DNA of 64,000 bases, taken from contig CM060732.1 of NCBI GenBank assembly GCA_030704615.1, positions 6,262,001 through 6,326,000 of the forward strand. Reading direction: 5' to 3'. Shown piece by piece: positions 49,322-63,080 of this stretch. The notes below the pieces were generated by a model, which saw only the letters and a program-made list of their open reading frames with translations, ran no database searches and was not told the DNA's origin. Source of the stretch: Takakia lepidozioides. Taxonomy: Eukaryota; Plantae; Bryophyta. A program made the translations under genes and the position numbers. How positions within the stretch are numbered: position 1 is the first letter of the stretch; the number at the start of each line of letters is the position of its first letter.

Positions 49322-50280
49322 TCAAACCCAACATTTAATTTGGTAAGCAAGGAGTACTTTCATGATGCCAGCATATATCTCTTTGCCCTTTTCCAGGGCT
49401 GCCAGGCTGGCAGATGCCTTCAGAACACAAACAAATGAGACCCGGTTGGGTGTCACCCCTTCCCTCGTCATTTGTTGATAGGTCTCTAAAGCCTCCATCC
49501 CACATCCATGCTGGGCATATACTGCAATCATCGCACTCCATGACACAACATTTCATTCAGCCATGTTGTCAAACACCCCCTTTGCATCCTTGGACACACA
49601 TGTTCACAAGGGTGTTGCGTAGAAATATGCTTGGCTTCAGTCCACTTTGGATAATTTTGGGCATGGATCTGCTTTCCTGCTGCTAGGCCTTTCAACTTGA
49701 TGCACTTATGCAAGAGACCCACATATGTATCAGAGTTTACAGAAATGCCTCATTGGTTCAAAATGTGCAGAGCCTCTCCAGCATGATATTTGCTGCAATT
49801 TGGCATACATGTCAACAAGGGTATTTTCTAGAATGATATCTGGCACTATTTCACTTTTGATGATGTCAGCATGGGTCTCTTTGCCCAGTTCTAGAGCTCC
49901 TAGGCTGGCACATGCATTGAGACCACAAATGAACGTGACTATGTTGGGCTTTATCCCATACCATTGCATTTGCTTGTACATCTTGAGAGCCTCCCTGCTG
50001 CATCCTTGCTTGGCATATCCCCCAATCATTATAGTCCATGTCACAACATCTCGTCCAACAGTTGGTGTGCATCTACCATGCTACTACACTTAGCATACAT
50101 GTTGACAAGGGTGTTGAGTAGGTAGATGTTTGGCTTCAATCCACTTTGGATAATGTGGGTGTGCACTTGTTTTCCCTCTACTAGGCATTTCCTGTTGATG
50201 CAGTCCCGCAAGACACAGACATAGGCATTTGAGTCTACCAGAATGCCTCCTTGCTTCAAAATATGCAACATCTCATTGAG
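49322..50280 (-). pseudogene. PLS-class pentatricopeptide repeat (PPR) gene relic with frameshifts
   Basis: NTLVNMYAKC, TWTIMIGGYAKQG.SREALKMYKQM...PNIVTFICGLNACASLGALELGK and SWSAMIAVYAQHG, spread over several frames. Confidence 0.88.
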
Positions 50281-50627
50281 TTGTCATGGTGTCCTGACAT
50301 CCGCACCAGTAGAGTTCTGGTTCAGTGTGTCTCTTGTTTATCTTCCAAAAGCAGTGGTGATGATGGAGGCACTACACCTGCAGCCAGTTCAACGCCCAAT
50401 CAGAGACTACGCCTGATTCAACCACAATCTTAGTTGCAAACCTTTACATTAAAATTCACCTACTATAAAAATGAACTGTACTCGAACTGGAACCATACCA
50501 GTGTCATCTTTGCCTAGCTCTGGCAGGTGCAGGGCGTCGCATGAGGACAACAGATCCACCAATCTAGGAAGCTGATGCACATGCAAGAGGGCCCGCGCAC
50601 ACAAAGAAGAAGAAGAAAGCCAAGCAC

Positions 50628-53150
50628 ATGCAATCCCCGGCGGGAGAGCCATCACAGGCTGCGGAGGGGGGTCTGAACAGAACACCCATCAAGGCGCGTG
50701 AGAGTGTGAGTTCCCCGCAAATCAAAGTGGTCGTCCTGGAGGCCTCCCCTGCTGCTACGCCTAGTAAGAAACAGAAGGCCCGCGAGAGGGCAAAAGAGAG
50801 GGCAAAAGAACAGGCGAGAGAGAAGGCCAGCCATGAGGCAAGAGAGAAGGCCACTGAAGAGGCCAGGGAACTGGAAATGACAGATGCCCATGTAAGTGAG
50901 GGACACACTGAAACGGTGGATCTCTCTAAGACAGCAGAAAGAGGCACTAAGACATTGGCTGCATCCTTGCCGGTTACACCATCGCGGGTGGGAGCAGCCC
51001 CCCCCGCAATTTCCCCATCCCGGTGGAGACTGAGGAGGGATAAACACCACATAGGACCTTTCTGACCAAGATGACATCCTCCCAAAGATCCCCAAGCCCC
51101 AAAACCCGAGCATACAGGCTGGATTTGGTGGTCCTGGTGGCCTGCCGGAGAACCCCCCTGCAGCAGATATCATGTTGGAGGCCGATATGAAGTTGGCCGC
51201 TGCCAAGATGTTGGAGGCAACCCACAACAACATTGGCAGTGTCGCGCACCTCACTTCGGTAAGCTCCCCTTCAAGTTATAGTTACTACTCGCTTTGATGC
51301 GCCACGCTGCCTAACTCCCAACCTGACCGCCGGCCAACTCAGAGCTTTGGCTGCTCACGCGGAACATAACGGTCCCCCTTTTCTTCCCCAACAAAATAAA
51401 CCCTCCACCAATTTTGGGACTAGTGGAAATTCCCTTTGGTGGATGGCAGTCCGGAATAGCTCCCCCCACTCCTTGGTCGCTTTCTGCTCGCTCGCTACGT
51501 CGCTCTTCACTAGTTTTTGGTTACCACCGGGCCTGGCACCGTTCTCTCTTCCGGGTTACTACTCCTATATATACTTCTGTGACTGTTCGCGGGGATTTCA
51601 CAAACAACCATGCCATTTTATGGCGAACCACCACGAAGACCCTCGATTCCCGGTGATGAGTCGCGGTGAGTCTTGGGCCCACCCACCACGGCCCCATTGA
51701 AACCGTGGTGAGTCCCAAGACCCCCACGACTCCCACCACAAGGTCTCCGCCCCATCGTGAGTCTTATGCACCGCCACCCCCACTAAGTCCCACTAAGCTA
51801 CCACCACCACCACCCCTTGTGGAGCCCCCCCATCTGCAACCCCCGGTGTGCGGGGCTCCACCTAGTGAGTTGCCTCCGCCTCTTCCATTTTGTAGAAACG
51901 AACATCCAAGTTGTGGCGTCCCACAACAAGGAGTTTGTTTCCGCACCATGGCGTCCCATGGCAAAGAACCAAACCCCATTTTCAGAATGCAAGACAATCT
52001 CTTTGCCAGGTTTTGACCTCACTAACAGAGCCTGCGTCCATCTTGTTGCCTCGACCTGTGGAGGAGCTGCTGCAAGAGCTTTATCTGGAAATTGCCTCCG
52101 TTGTATTTTGCACTGTCTCCTCAGTAGGAAGCAAATCTGCTTACTCTAACCCAGACTCTGGCCAAGAATAGACAAAGGCCCTCCATGCAGCCTCCCTTCC
52201 CGCGGTCCCTAAAATGTATGGGCAGAGATACTCAGCTCGACACTTTGCTGAATGACTCTTATAGGCCCCATGCCTTCGCACTACCTCTTGAGGACATGCT
52301 TCAGATTATGGGTATGCGTAGGTGCTCTGAGTACCCTTGCGAGCACCATACCAAATGGTTTCTTAGCAGCTGGATGCACAAGTTCCCCACAACCACCTCC
52401 TCGTTCAGCTTGGCCAGCTCATGAGAAATTTTTGCAGCCAGCAGCTGGGCTGTACTTTGCCTCATCTCCATCCACATCTGTCTCAGTTCTTAGAAGCTTT
52501 GCATGCACGTTATGTAGTTTTGGTTAATGATGCCGAGGCTAACATTGTGGTTGCATAAGCGGCGGCGCAACTCGCAATTAATTTAACAAGCAGGTAAAGT
52601 ACACTGATCACTTCTATGAGGGGCAGACCGTGTGTCTGTGACTTCAGCATGGCATGCATGTGTGCAAATCTAAGTTGAAGATCGACGGTCTATACTTGCT
52701 CTACAAGTAGCTATGTGGTCAGCGTGCTCTGATTCTTCCTCAAGGCACCAATACGCAATCACATGATGAGCTGGTTCACCTTACTGATCTGATCCATTCT
52801 ACATTGGTGTTTGATCTCACTTGCATTAATGTGGAAGGCCATTCGGTGGTGCTCACGCCTTTGGCTTCTCAGGGTGCTCTTGGGCCGGTCTTTCCTGATC
52901 TACAGCTTAGAACCCGGCTGTATTTTTCTGATTAGATAGGCAGTGTGTAGGTTAGCATAGGGTGGTGCCTCGATTGTCCTCCTTGCACGGTTTTCCTTCT
53001 TGGTGGATTTTGTCCTCAGGCCCAATTTGTAGGTGCGAGGTTTTTCCCCATCAAGGTTTTTAATCCAGGAATGGAAGAGGCTAGGGGCGATTAGTCTTAG
53101 TGGTAGATTACCTCGCGGAGCTCGGGTTTTTAGTGGGGGGTAGTTTCACA
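50628..53150 (+). mobile_element. Possible highly degenerate LTR-retrotransposon remnant
   Basis: Broken reading frames. About 52600-52800 loosely resembles the post-integrase GPY/F region (FYEGQTVCL...KLKIDGLY...LVHLTDL). A PPT-like TTTTAGTGGGGGTAG lies at about 53128-53143. Confidence 0.3.
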
Positions 53151-54185
53151 TATGTGATGCTGCATGGTCGCCCTGCCTCAAATTATACTTTTTCATTATG
53201 ACTTTGACAACATCCTTCCTCCCTTAACCCTTAAGTTCCCAAACCCTTTTTTGATTTTTTACCAATTTTGGGTACCCAGCTGCAGTAAATTGCCCCTAGA
53301 AACCTACCGAAAATCATCCAGAGATTCCAGCCTTATAGCAATGGGCCCAGCTCATTTATGCATGACATACCCAAAAAGGAGCCAAGTCCACTGTGGAAAT
53401 TGTGAGATTCTAGCGTTGGCCCGGACCCAAATATCAGGTCCCAAAGAAAAGTGAGAAAGAAATTGGTTGACCAAATCAAAACCTAGCTTTATCCAATTTT
53501 GCTTGCCCAAGACCCACCATTTCCAAATCAATAGTGGAGTGGCTATGACCCCACTAAATTGCAGGTCCAACTGATTTTTTCACCTATGGTTGCTGTTCAT
53601 GCAATTACATGGGGGGTTGAAATCTCAATATTGACAAGAGAAAATGTGCCTCCAAATGAAGTATTTTTTTTTTCTACAAAAATTTTAAAAGCCAATGGTG
53701 GATGTGTGTATGTAATGCTCACACACCACAAGGTGAAGTGCTTTTTCCAAAATTGCTAATTTTATGCCAAAAATGGCCTTTGGAGTGCAATCTGTTTTGG
53801 GCTTGTTTACCTGCCACGTCAGCGGTCAACAAGCCCTTTCCATTCCCCAAAACGTAAATGAGATGTATACAAGTCCACCTTCTGAGTTTCTGATCATCCA
53901 CCTTCGGAGTTTTTGCTACTACGATCTGGGATGCTCGATGCTTGAAACACTTGCCCTGGAAGATTGGGTAGCTCTTGGAATTTGTGCAAACAGAGGTGGC
54001 AAGTACCTTGAAAAAAAAAAAAAAACCACAGAAGGAAAGAGGGGGTAGAAAAAGTTAATAAGAGAGAGGGAGAGAGTGGGAAGATATTCATGTCATGTCG
54101 AGACATGGACAAGACCAACTAGGGTCATTGTCAATTAAAGACATAAACAGCCCCATGACAGGGCACCATCTAACATTTCCAGTCT

Positions 54186-57100
54186 TGTTATAACACACCA
54201 AGTGACGCCACCCATTCAGTCATGATAAAAAAGGGTGGGAGGGCAAGGTATGTTCATAGTCAGATTCCTGTCATGTACCCAATTGACCCTTATGAACAAT
54301 ATAAGTCAGATTGTAGCCTCAGATTACATCATCCATCGTTATCCATACGATATGCACCATGCAATATATCATGGGCATATAAGAGTATCTTGCCACATTA
54401 CAGATCCAAAATATGCACTAGTTCGGCCGACTTTCTCCAAGTCCCGGCCAAGGGTGGAGCCTCTCAAGCTCCTCCTAGTGCACTCTTCTTGGTCTACTTC
54501 AAGGCCAAGGAACGATCCTCCCTGAGGATCGAATCGCCTTACTGCAACAACATTGCGCGACCGCTCATGATGCCGCTTTGGCATCACCTTGAGCAAGGGT
54601 TCACCTTGACCCTTTTTTGACTAGGAAGATAACCTTGAACCAACCGTGTGCCCCAATCACTACAATTGGGTCCGCCTTGGAATGCTGGCCTGAGGTACGG
54701 GAACACGCCAAAGCCGCACTACGACTTCGTCCCGAGGCTACACGATTATAGTACGTGAACGGAAGCACGTAGGTTCCGCGTTAGCCCGCACTACAAGACA
54801 ACCCCCTCGGTAGCGCAGTTATAGTACGCGCACGCGCCAGGTACGCACTAGCACGTGAATTCCCAAAGAAGGCGCAAGTTTCTTTGCCCCTTGGATGGGA
54901 GTCACCCGATTTCGGCTCTGCGCAAACACACGATTAATCCAATTTACCTCCACCTTTGTAAGCTAGCATGCATTCTTACACACTAGCCAACCATACCATG
55001 CATCACCATTCCAAACAAAATAGGAGGCGTAACATTTGGAAACCATTTCATTTATAACAAATTTTGTACAACACAAGTTTTTGCAATCGGATTCTTGGGC
55101 TAGCTAAGCCGGCCTAAGCATGCATTTCCTCCCCCACGATCCAAGGTTGATGACCCCATCAACGCTTCTTCCGCTTTTGAGGTCGCCCTTCGAAAGCTGC
55201 AACCGCCTCGGATGCGTTTCCCATTTCTGAGGCACGCACCCAAGATGCCTCCACATGATGATAGCCCTTCTATTTCACGAGATACTCCGTTTCTCGATTC
55301 TTGAACTCCTCGACTTAAGCACTGCCTCCACCTCGTACTCAGGTTCATTTTCATGATCCAACAACACAGGTGGCGGACGCAACACTTGATGCTGATTCGG
55401 ACGCGCTTCATCTTTGAAGTACGGCTTCAAAAGGGAGACGTGGAATACCGGATGCACCTTGCTGTTTTCCGGCAGCTCCAATTCATACACATTCTCATTC
55501 ATAACCTCCCGGATGTAAAAGGGTCCCGCATACGGAGGTATGAACTTCTGACTCACTTCGGGAGGTAGTCAAAAATTCTTGATGTTCAACCAAACCTCTG
55601 TGCCTGCCTCAAACATGACTTCCCTCAGCTTCCGATTTGCCTGCCATTCATACCGATTCCTAGGTTTGGCGATGTTGTACTTTGCGAGCTTCAACAAGCG
55701 CTCGCGTTCCTCCAAACACGCGCGCTGCTGCTGGTCTCAATCCCGTCTGGGCAGCCCAACTTGTCGGCACTAGAGGTGCTTTTCCATAGACCAATATGAA
55801 AGGGAGAACACCCGTTGCGGAGTGTTTTGTGTTATTATAACAGAACTCTGCCACGTCCAAGTGTCCAACCAGTCCGATTGGTCCGCCGACAAGTAATTCC
55901 GCAAGATCTGCTTCACCACGGAATTCACCCTTTCCATTTGCCGTCCGTCGTAGGTCGGAAGGCGGTGTCATCTTGAGCCGTCCCATCTTCTTCCAAAGTG
56001 CCCCTCCAAAATTTACTCGTAAACTTTGGATCGCGGTCCGAGACAATATCCTTCGGGAGTCCATGAAGCTTGTAAATGTGGGAGAAGGAAAGTCGCCCCG
56101 TCTCCTGCACCGTTGCCGTCTCCTTGGTGGGGACGAAATGGCCCATTTTACTGAACCTATCCACCACCACCATGATTGCATCGAATCATTTCGACAGCGA
56201 CATAGCAGTCATGAAATCCATTGAGACACTTTCCCAAGCCCCTCTGGAATCGGCAAGGGTTGTAACAGCCCCGCTGCTTTTTGTACTCGCTCGGTTTTGT
56301 TGGCATTGTGGTGCATGTCTTGACATACCCCTCCTATCATCTTCTCTTTAGTTTGGGCTAGAAATACTCTTTCTTCAAGAGTGCCGCGGTGCGCTTGGCT
56401 CCGCGTGGCCCGCAAGCGAGCCATCATGGCAATTCTCTCAAGAGACTATCTCTGATCCTCTCCCTCGGCACGTAGAGACACTTTTGTTTGTACCGGAGCA
56501 GTCCATTTTGCAAGTGAAACTGCAAATTTTCCCCCATCCGCAAGTCCCGATCACGGGACTTGCTTGCCATTCATCCTTCCGGTAAGCCTTCCGGATCTTC
56601 CTTTGGAGCGTCGTCTCGCCCTTATACATCAGCATGAGCTGCTGCTTTCTACTTAAAGCATCGGCCACCACATCGTCCCGTCCGGTTTGGTACTGGCTAT
56701 ACACGTCGAACACCGCCAAAGTATCTTGTCACCTAAAGTGTTTTGGGGACAACTTAGGCTGCGTGGCAAAAATACTTCATCGTGACATTGTCCGTGAATA
56801 CCTTCACCGGGTTGGAACCCAAAATGTGGCGCCAGAGCTCAAGGCAATGCACCACCGCCTTCATCTCTTTCTCGTGCGTCGGCCACCGGCGCTCACTTTA
56901 TTCAGTTTCTTACTTTCGTAAGCCACTGGACGTTCATCTTGCATAAGTACACCCCCAATCCCGAAGTCCGACGCACCGTATGAATCTCAAAGGGCGGGCG
57001 TCGACTCCGGGATTTCAAGACTGGAGCTTCCGCCATCCGCTGCTTCAACTCGGCAAAAGCTGGCCACAAAAGGTTTCCATACCCATACCTTGGATTTACA

Positions 57101-57760
57101 CAGAAGGTCTAACAGGGCCACGCGATCTTGGCAAAATTTCTCACATACTTTCGGTAATAGGAGTCGAGCCTAGGAGGATCGCACTCCGGGACCGAAGTCG
57201 GAGGTTTTAGGCAAGTCGCCCTCACCTTTCTATCATCCATTTGATCCATCCATGTAATCACATGCCCTAGAAACTCCATTTGGTGACCCGAATTCGCACT
57301 TTGAAGCTTTGGCATACAGTTCCCTTCCCGCAATTTCTCGAAACACCCTTGAGGTGCTCCAGGTGCTCTTCCTTTGTTTTCGATCACCAAGATGTCGTCG
57401 ATTGTACACGATCACAAAGTCATCCAGCCACTCCTGGAAAAGGCTATTCATTAGCGTGCTAAAGGTCGCGGGGGTGCATTGGTGAGCCCAAAAGGCATCA
57501 CCAAGAACTCATACAAACCATACACACGATTTTCTCCTCATCTCCTTCCACCACTCGGATTTGATGGTAGCCGGAGCGCAAATCGATCCGGCTGAAATAC
57601 TTCGCTCCTACCAACCGATCGAAGAGGTCGTCGATTCTTGGCAAAGGGTACCGGTTCTTGATAGTCACCTTATTCGGAGCCCTGTAGTCGACACACATCC
57701 GCATCCTGGTATTTCTCCAAAATCCCCTTGATCCAATCTGGGCTCGGCTCCCCATCGCCT
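54186..57760 (-). mobile_element. Chromoviral Ty3/gypsy LTR retrotransposon, 3' half (RT, RNase H, integrase, chromodomain, PPT, 3' LTR)
   Basis: RT: RMCVDYR...[35 protein letters not shown]. RNase H region at about 56900-56980. Integrase: MVVVDRFSKMGHF and IVSDRDPKFTSKFW. GPF...HPVFHVSLLKP, then chromodomain EPEYEVEAVL. PPT GTGGGGGAGGAA at about 55125-55137. Putative LTR at about 55123-54186. Many 1-bp frameshifts. Confidence 0.92.
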
Positions 57761-57877
57761 TCTCCCTTCACTTGTCTTACATAAAGCAAAAACTGGGGCT
57801 CGTGTGACTCCTCCACGACCCACTCCTTGCTGACAGAAGTTTATTCGCCCTCCACGGGGTTGGGCGTTCCGACACTC

Positions 57878-58377
57878 NNNNNNNNNNNNNNNNNNNNNNN
57901 NNNNNNNNNNNNNNNNNNNNNNNNNNNNNNNNNNNNNNNNNNNNNNNNNNNNNNNNNNNNNNNNNNNNNNNNNNNNNNNNNNNNNNNNNNNNNNNNNNNN
58001 NNNNNNNNNNNNNNNNNNNNNNNNNNNNNNNNNNNNNNNNNNNNNNNNNNNNNNNNNNNNNNNNNNNNNNNNNNNNNNNNNNNNNNNNNNNNNNNNNNNN
58101 NNNNNNNNNNNNNNNNNNNNNNNNNNNNNNNNNNNNNNNNNNNNNNNNNNNNNNNNNNNNNNNNNNNNNNNNNNNNNNNNNNNNNNNNNNNNNNNNNNNN
58201 NNNNNNNNNNNNNNNNNNNNNNNNNNNNNNNNNNNNNNNNNNNNNNNNNNNNNNNNNNNNNNNNNNNNNNNNNNNNNNNNNNNNNNNNNNNNNNNNNNNN
58301 NNNNNNNNNNNNNNNNNNNNNNNNNNNNNNNNNNNNNNNNNNNNNNNNNNNNNNNNNNNNNNNNNNNNNNNNNNNNN
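57878..58377. other. Assembly gap (500 N)
   Basis: Run of N. Confidence 1.
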
Positions 58378-61300
58378 TGTACAATGGATGGTTGTACAAA
58401 GGAAGCTTTCAGGAATGGAGCACGCAATGAATCAGTGTCAGATGATGACATGGCCATGTTAGAAGAGGTCAAGGAAGACAAGTCCAAAGAGAAGGAAAGG
58501 ACAAGGGAAGGAGAATGAAAGGAGATGGGAGTGGGCAGACTTTAGTGCTGGAAGATACCCGCACTCTTCAGTGCGTGTTCGATGCCAAGCCACACCCTTC
58601 CCGTTCTGATCAGCAGGAGAGATTAAAATTGTTAATGAGGGTTGGCTTTCGATGATGCAGAGTCGAAAGAGAGGTACACTGGGGTGCCATCCCCTACCTG
58701 GGACAATTAATCTCATTCCTCAATCTGGTGAGAATTCCAGTTTCTTTCCTTTTTCTCTGAATGTTTCGTTGGCAGTATTTCAGTCTGTTCTTTGAAAACA
58801 TTCTTGTGCCATCGTTCTTATAAAAACATGTCTGTTGCAGGTGAGCACAGGTCCCAACCTTCGTGTGCGGTGTGCAGAAAACTTATGCGGGCCGACATTG
58901 TCATTCTCGACATCCCGGATGGCCAGGCTGTGCCAGAAGTTCTTCCAAAGGGCAAGACGCCAGGTGGAACAAATTCGAGGACAACTACTGGAGTTGGGTA
59001 TTCGGGTTCTGTAACAATTTCCCTCTTGATGCAGGGACACTTCTGCTTTTTCAGTCATGTGACAATGATAGTCGTCGGGCATTGGCATCATACCTCAAGT
59101 CTTCAGGTTTGAAGTTTTGCGCCATGAATTGTGTGAACAGCCTCTACCTTGTGAAAGGGGGTTTCCCTGGTCAGCTGGTATGCCGTCTCCTTCTTGCTTA
59201 TGCTTTGATCATGAGTTTCAATTTTCTCTGCCTCCACTCTAGTAGATGTTTTATGATCGACACCGATCATCAACGATTCATGGTTTTTTGGTGTCAGAGT
59301 TCTGAATAGCCGATGTACACACTTCCACTTTAGATTGTGTTTCCCACACTAACCTGCTATCTTTGGCAGACGAGGATGTTCGAGGCGATCTGCCTGGCGG
59401 AGGATTCGCACATCAAAGACACCATCCTCCATCCGCAGCTTTGAGATTTCTGACCAGGGTTGTTTCGTCAACCCCCCTATGAGCCCCATTTGATGACATT
59501 TGTACAACTTCATGCAGTCCAGTCAGACTCTGAGAGACCAGATGGCACTCCCTGGAGAGGTGCAAAGGAAAAGTCACCAGCATTCATGCAAATACTGCTG
59601 GAGTCATGCAGCCACCGCTCTGCACGGTGGTCGATCTTTCTGTGTCCTAGGTTCGTTTTCTCCCTTCCGAATTGGTTTCCTTTCAACAGTTTCATCTGCT
59701 TAAATCCCTCCTCCAAACTGTTTATGTTCTCCTGTCTGGTGCAGGAGCAACTTACCACGCATGCAAGGCAGGCGAAGAAGCCTTTTTGGTATGGAGGGTG
59801 ATTCTGACCTCTACAACACAGTGCTCCTCCCCTTTTGTCTGGCTCCACTTCAGGCACACAGACTGATCGGATTCATATTCGAAATGATGACGATCCCGAA
59901 GATAAGCAGGTCGACAACGACTTTTCATGTGAGTAAGTGCTAAACCCTCTTTGGGAGTCATACTCAATTTCTCGATAACATCAAAGTTACAGTAATAACT
60001 TTTTCAGGCTGTCTTTCAGGAAAGCCAGCGGTGGATCTTCAGGAGATACAGTCATTTCTGGCGAGTCTGTTTCGACAGCCCCATTTCCAATTTTCTGCTC
60101 CCTGTTTATGCCGAAGCAATGGCACTTCACGCGTCCGAGTCCCTATCCCCTGACTTTTTAGTGGCCAGCCGTAGGTGTATCCAGCGTGGATCCGGTGTTC
60201 TAAATACTTAGACTTAGATGCAGAGGAAGAGGGGATACATTGTACTGACTCTGAGTCAGACTGAACTGTATTCTGTGAATATTCATTTTCATATTATCTG
60301 GAAAACGTTGAATCCCCTTACTCTACCGTAGTTGTTTCCTTTAGAACAAATAATAATCACAGAATCAACTTTCGTTTAAATGCTATATGTATGATCCATC
60401 TCACAAACCTTCCTGACTCTTCTCATATCCATTGTGCATTCATCTACACCGTTCATGCGTGCTCCATTCATGAAGAGCTTCCTTTGTACAACATCCATGT
60501 ACATTCATCCTCTGTACTCTTTAAATCCACCCCAACACACTTCCACACTCATTCATATACTTGTGCATTCTTATATGAAAGTATATGAAATGAGTGTAAG
60601 GTTTTGTGGGGTGGATTAAAGAGTACAGAGGATGAATGTACAATGGATGTTGTACAAAGGAAGCTTTCATGAATGGAGCACGCATGAATACAGTGTAGAT
60701 GAATGCACAATGGATATGAGAAGAGTCAGGAAGGTTTGTGAGATGGATTCATACATATAGCAATTTAAACGAAAGTTGATTCTGTGATTATTATTTGTTC
60801 TAAAGGAACAACTACGGTAGAGTAAGGGGGATTCAACGTTTTCCAGATAATATGAAAATGAATATTAAAAGAATACAGTTCAGTCTGACTCAGAGTCAGT
60901 ACAATGTATCCCCTCTTCCTCTGCATCTAAGTCTAAGATTTTAGAACACCGGATCCACGCTGGATACACCTACGGCTGGCCACTAAAAAGTCAGGGGATA
61001 GGGACTCGGACGCGTGAAGTGCCATTGCTTCGGCATAAACAGGGAGCAGAAAATTGAAAGGGGGCTGTCGAAACAGACTCGCCAGAAATGACTGTATCTC
61101 CTGAAGATCCACCGCTGGCTTTCCTGAAAGACAGCCTGAAAAAGTTATTACTGTAACTTTGATGTTATCGAGAAATTGAGTATGACTCCCAAAGAGGGTT
61201 TAGCACTTACTCACATGAAAAGTCGTTGTCGACCTGCTTATCTTCGGGATCGTCATCATTTCGAATATGAATCCGATCAGTCTGTGTGCCTGAAGTGGAG

Positions 61301-62690
61301 CCAGACAAAAGGGGGAGGAGCACTGTGTTGTAGAGGTCAGAATCACCCTCCATACCAAAAAGGCTTCTTCCGCCTGCCTTGCATGCGTGGTAAGTTGCTC
61401 CTGCACCAGACAGGAGAACATAAACAGTTTGGAGGAGGGGATTTAAGCAGATGAAACTGTTGAAAGGAAACCAATTCGGAAGGGAGAAAACGAACCTGTG
61501 GACACAGAAAGATCGACCACCCGTGCAGAGCGGTGGCTGCATGACTCCAGCAGTATTTGCATGAATGCTGGTGACTTTTCCTTTGCACCTCTCCAGGGAG
61601 TGCCATCTGGTCTCTTCAGAGTCTGACTGGACTGCATGAAGTTGTACAAAATGTCATCGACATGGGGCTCATAGGGGGGGTTGACGAAACAACCCTGGTC
61701 AGAAATCTCAAAGCTGCGGATGGAGGATGGTGTCTTTGATGTGCGAATCCTCCGCAGGCAGATCGCCTCGAACATCCTCGTCTGCCAAAGATAGCAGGTT
61801 AGTGTGGTAAACACAATCTAAAGTGGAAGTGTGTACATCGGCTATTCAGAACTCTGACACCAAAAACCATGAATCGTTGATGATCGGTGTCGATCATAAA
61901 ACATTCTACTAGAGTGGAGCTGCAGAGAAAATTGAAACTCATGATCAAAGCATAAGCAGAAGGCAGACGGCATACCAGCTGACCAGGGAAACCCCCTTTC
62001 ACAAGGTAGAGGCTGTTCACACAATTCCATGTGCGCAAAACTTCAAACCCTGAAGACTTGAGGTATGATGCCAATGCCCGACGACTATCATTGTCACATG
62101 ACTGAAAAAGCAGAAGTGTCCCTGCATCAGAGAGGAAATTGTTACAGAACCCGAATACCCAACTCCAGTAGTTGTCCTCGAATTTGTTCCACCCTGGCGT
62201 CTTGCCCTTTGGAAGAACTTCTGGCACAGCCTGGCCATCCGGATGTCGAGAATGACAATGTCGGCCGCATAAGTTTTCTGCACACCGCACACGAAGGTGG
62301 GACCTGTGCTCACCTGCAACAGACATGTTTTTTATAAGAACGATTGCAAGAATGTTTTCAAAGAACGAGACTGAAATACTGCCAACGAAACATTCAGAGA
62401 AAAGGAAAGAAACTGGAATTCTCACCAGATTGAGGAATGAGATTATATTGTCCCAGGTAGGGGATGGCACCCCAGTGTATCCTCTCTTTCGACTCTGCAT
62501 CATCGAAAGCCAACCCTCATTAACAATTTTCATCTCTCCTGCTGAATCAGAACGGGAAGGGTGTGGCTTGGCATCGAACACGCACTGAAGAGTGCGGGTA
62601 TATCTTCCAGCACTAAAGTCCTGCCCACTCTCCATCTCCTTTTCATTCTCCTTCCCCTTGTCCTTTTCCTTCTCTTTGGACTTGTCTTTG
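58378..62690. repeat. Fold-back inverted duplication with arms of about 2.1 kb centred at about 60570 (likely artefact)
   Basis: About 58470-60562 is the reverse complement of about 60579-62690, with a 16-nt loop. Differences are mostly 1-bp indels. Confidence 0.9.
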
Positions 62691-63080
62691 TCCTTTGGCT
62701 TTGCTGGTGAGATGGCTATGACATCAACAGCCTTCCTGTCTTTTGGTTTGCGGCCCGCCTTCTTTCCCTTCTGCGGCGTTCCCTGAGCATCAGGCTCCTT
62801 GGCAGCCAAGGTTGCTATGTTTCGTTGATACTCTTCGTCAGTCAAAGGCGCCAGCATCTCAGCGTTATTGTTCAAGTATTTCATATGCTGTTCTTGAAAG
62901 GTCGTGTGCTCAGGTGGGCAGTCAAGGTACCACCCACAGTCTCTGAAGTGAGAAGGACTCCAGTCCTTCAATATCCCTGCAGTATACATGGTTGGATCGT
63001 TTGCAGGGTCCGACCACATGTCAAGATAGTCGGGAATTCCGCTCAGGTGATTTCCTTCCATAAGCACATATTTCGTGTAC
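60880..63080 (-). CDS. Family C copy of the transposon accessory gene (C-terminal part, beta-class DNA amino-methyltransferase-like); continues beyond the window end
   Basis: Homologous to the element B gene (WSDPANDPTMYTAGILKDWSPSHFRDCGWYLD vs WADPSNDKTMYTVGIARDWSRAHFRDCGWYLD) with shared intron positions. Motif IV-like ADIVILDIPDG (in frame in the inverted copy near 58890) precedes PWRGAKEKSPAFMQILLESCSHRSARVVDLSVSTG|ATYHACKAGGRSLFGMEGD. The indels may be sequencing errors. Confidence 0.75.

Noticed and set aside
57665-58487. Long ORFs in the ORF track
   Set aside because: Artefacts of translating through the N gap.
58470-60263. An independent fourth copy of the methyltransferase-like gene on the + strand
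   Set aside because: It is the mirror arm of the fold-back and differs mainly by indel noise, so it is not counted as a separate gene.
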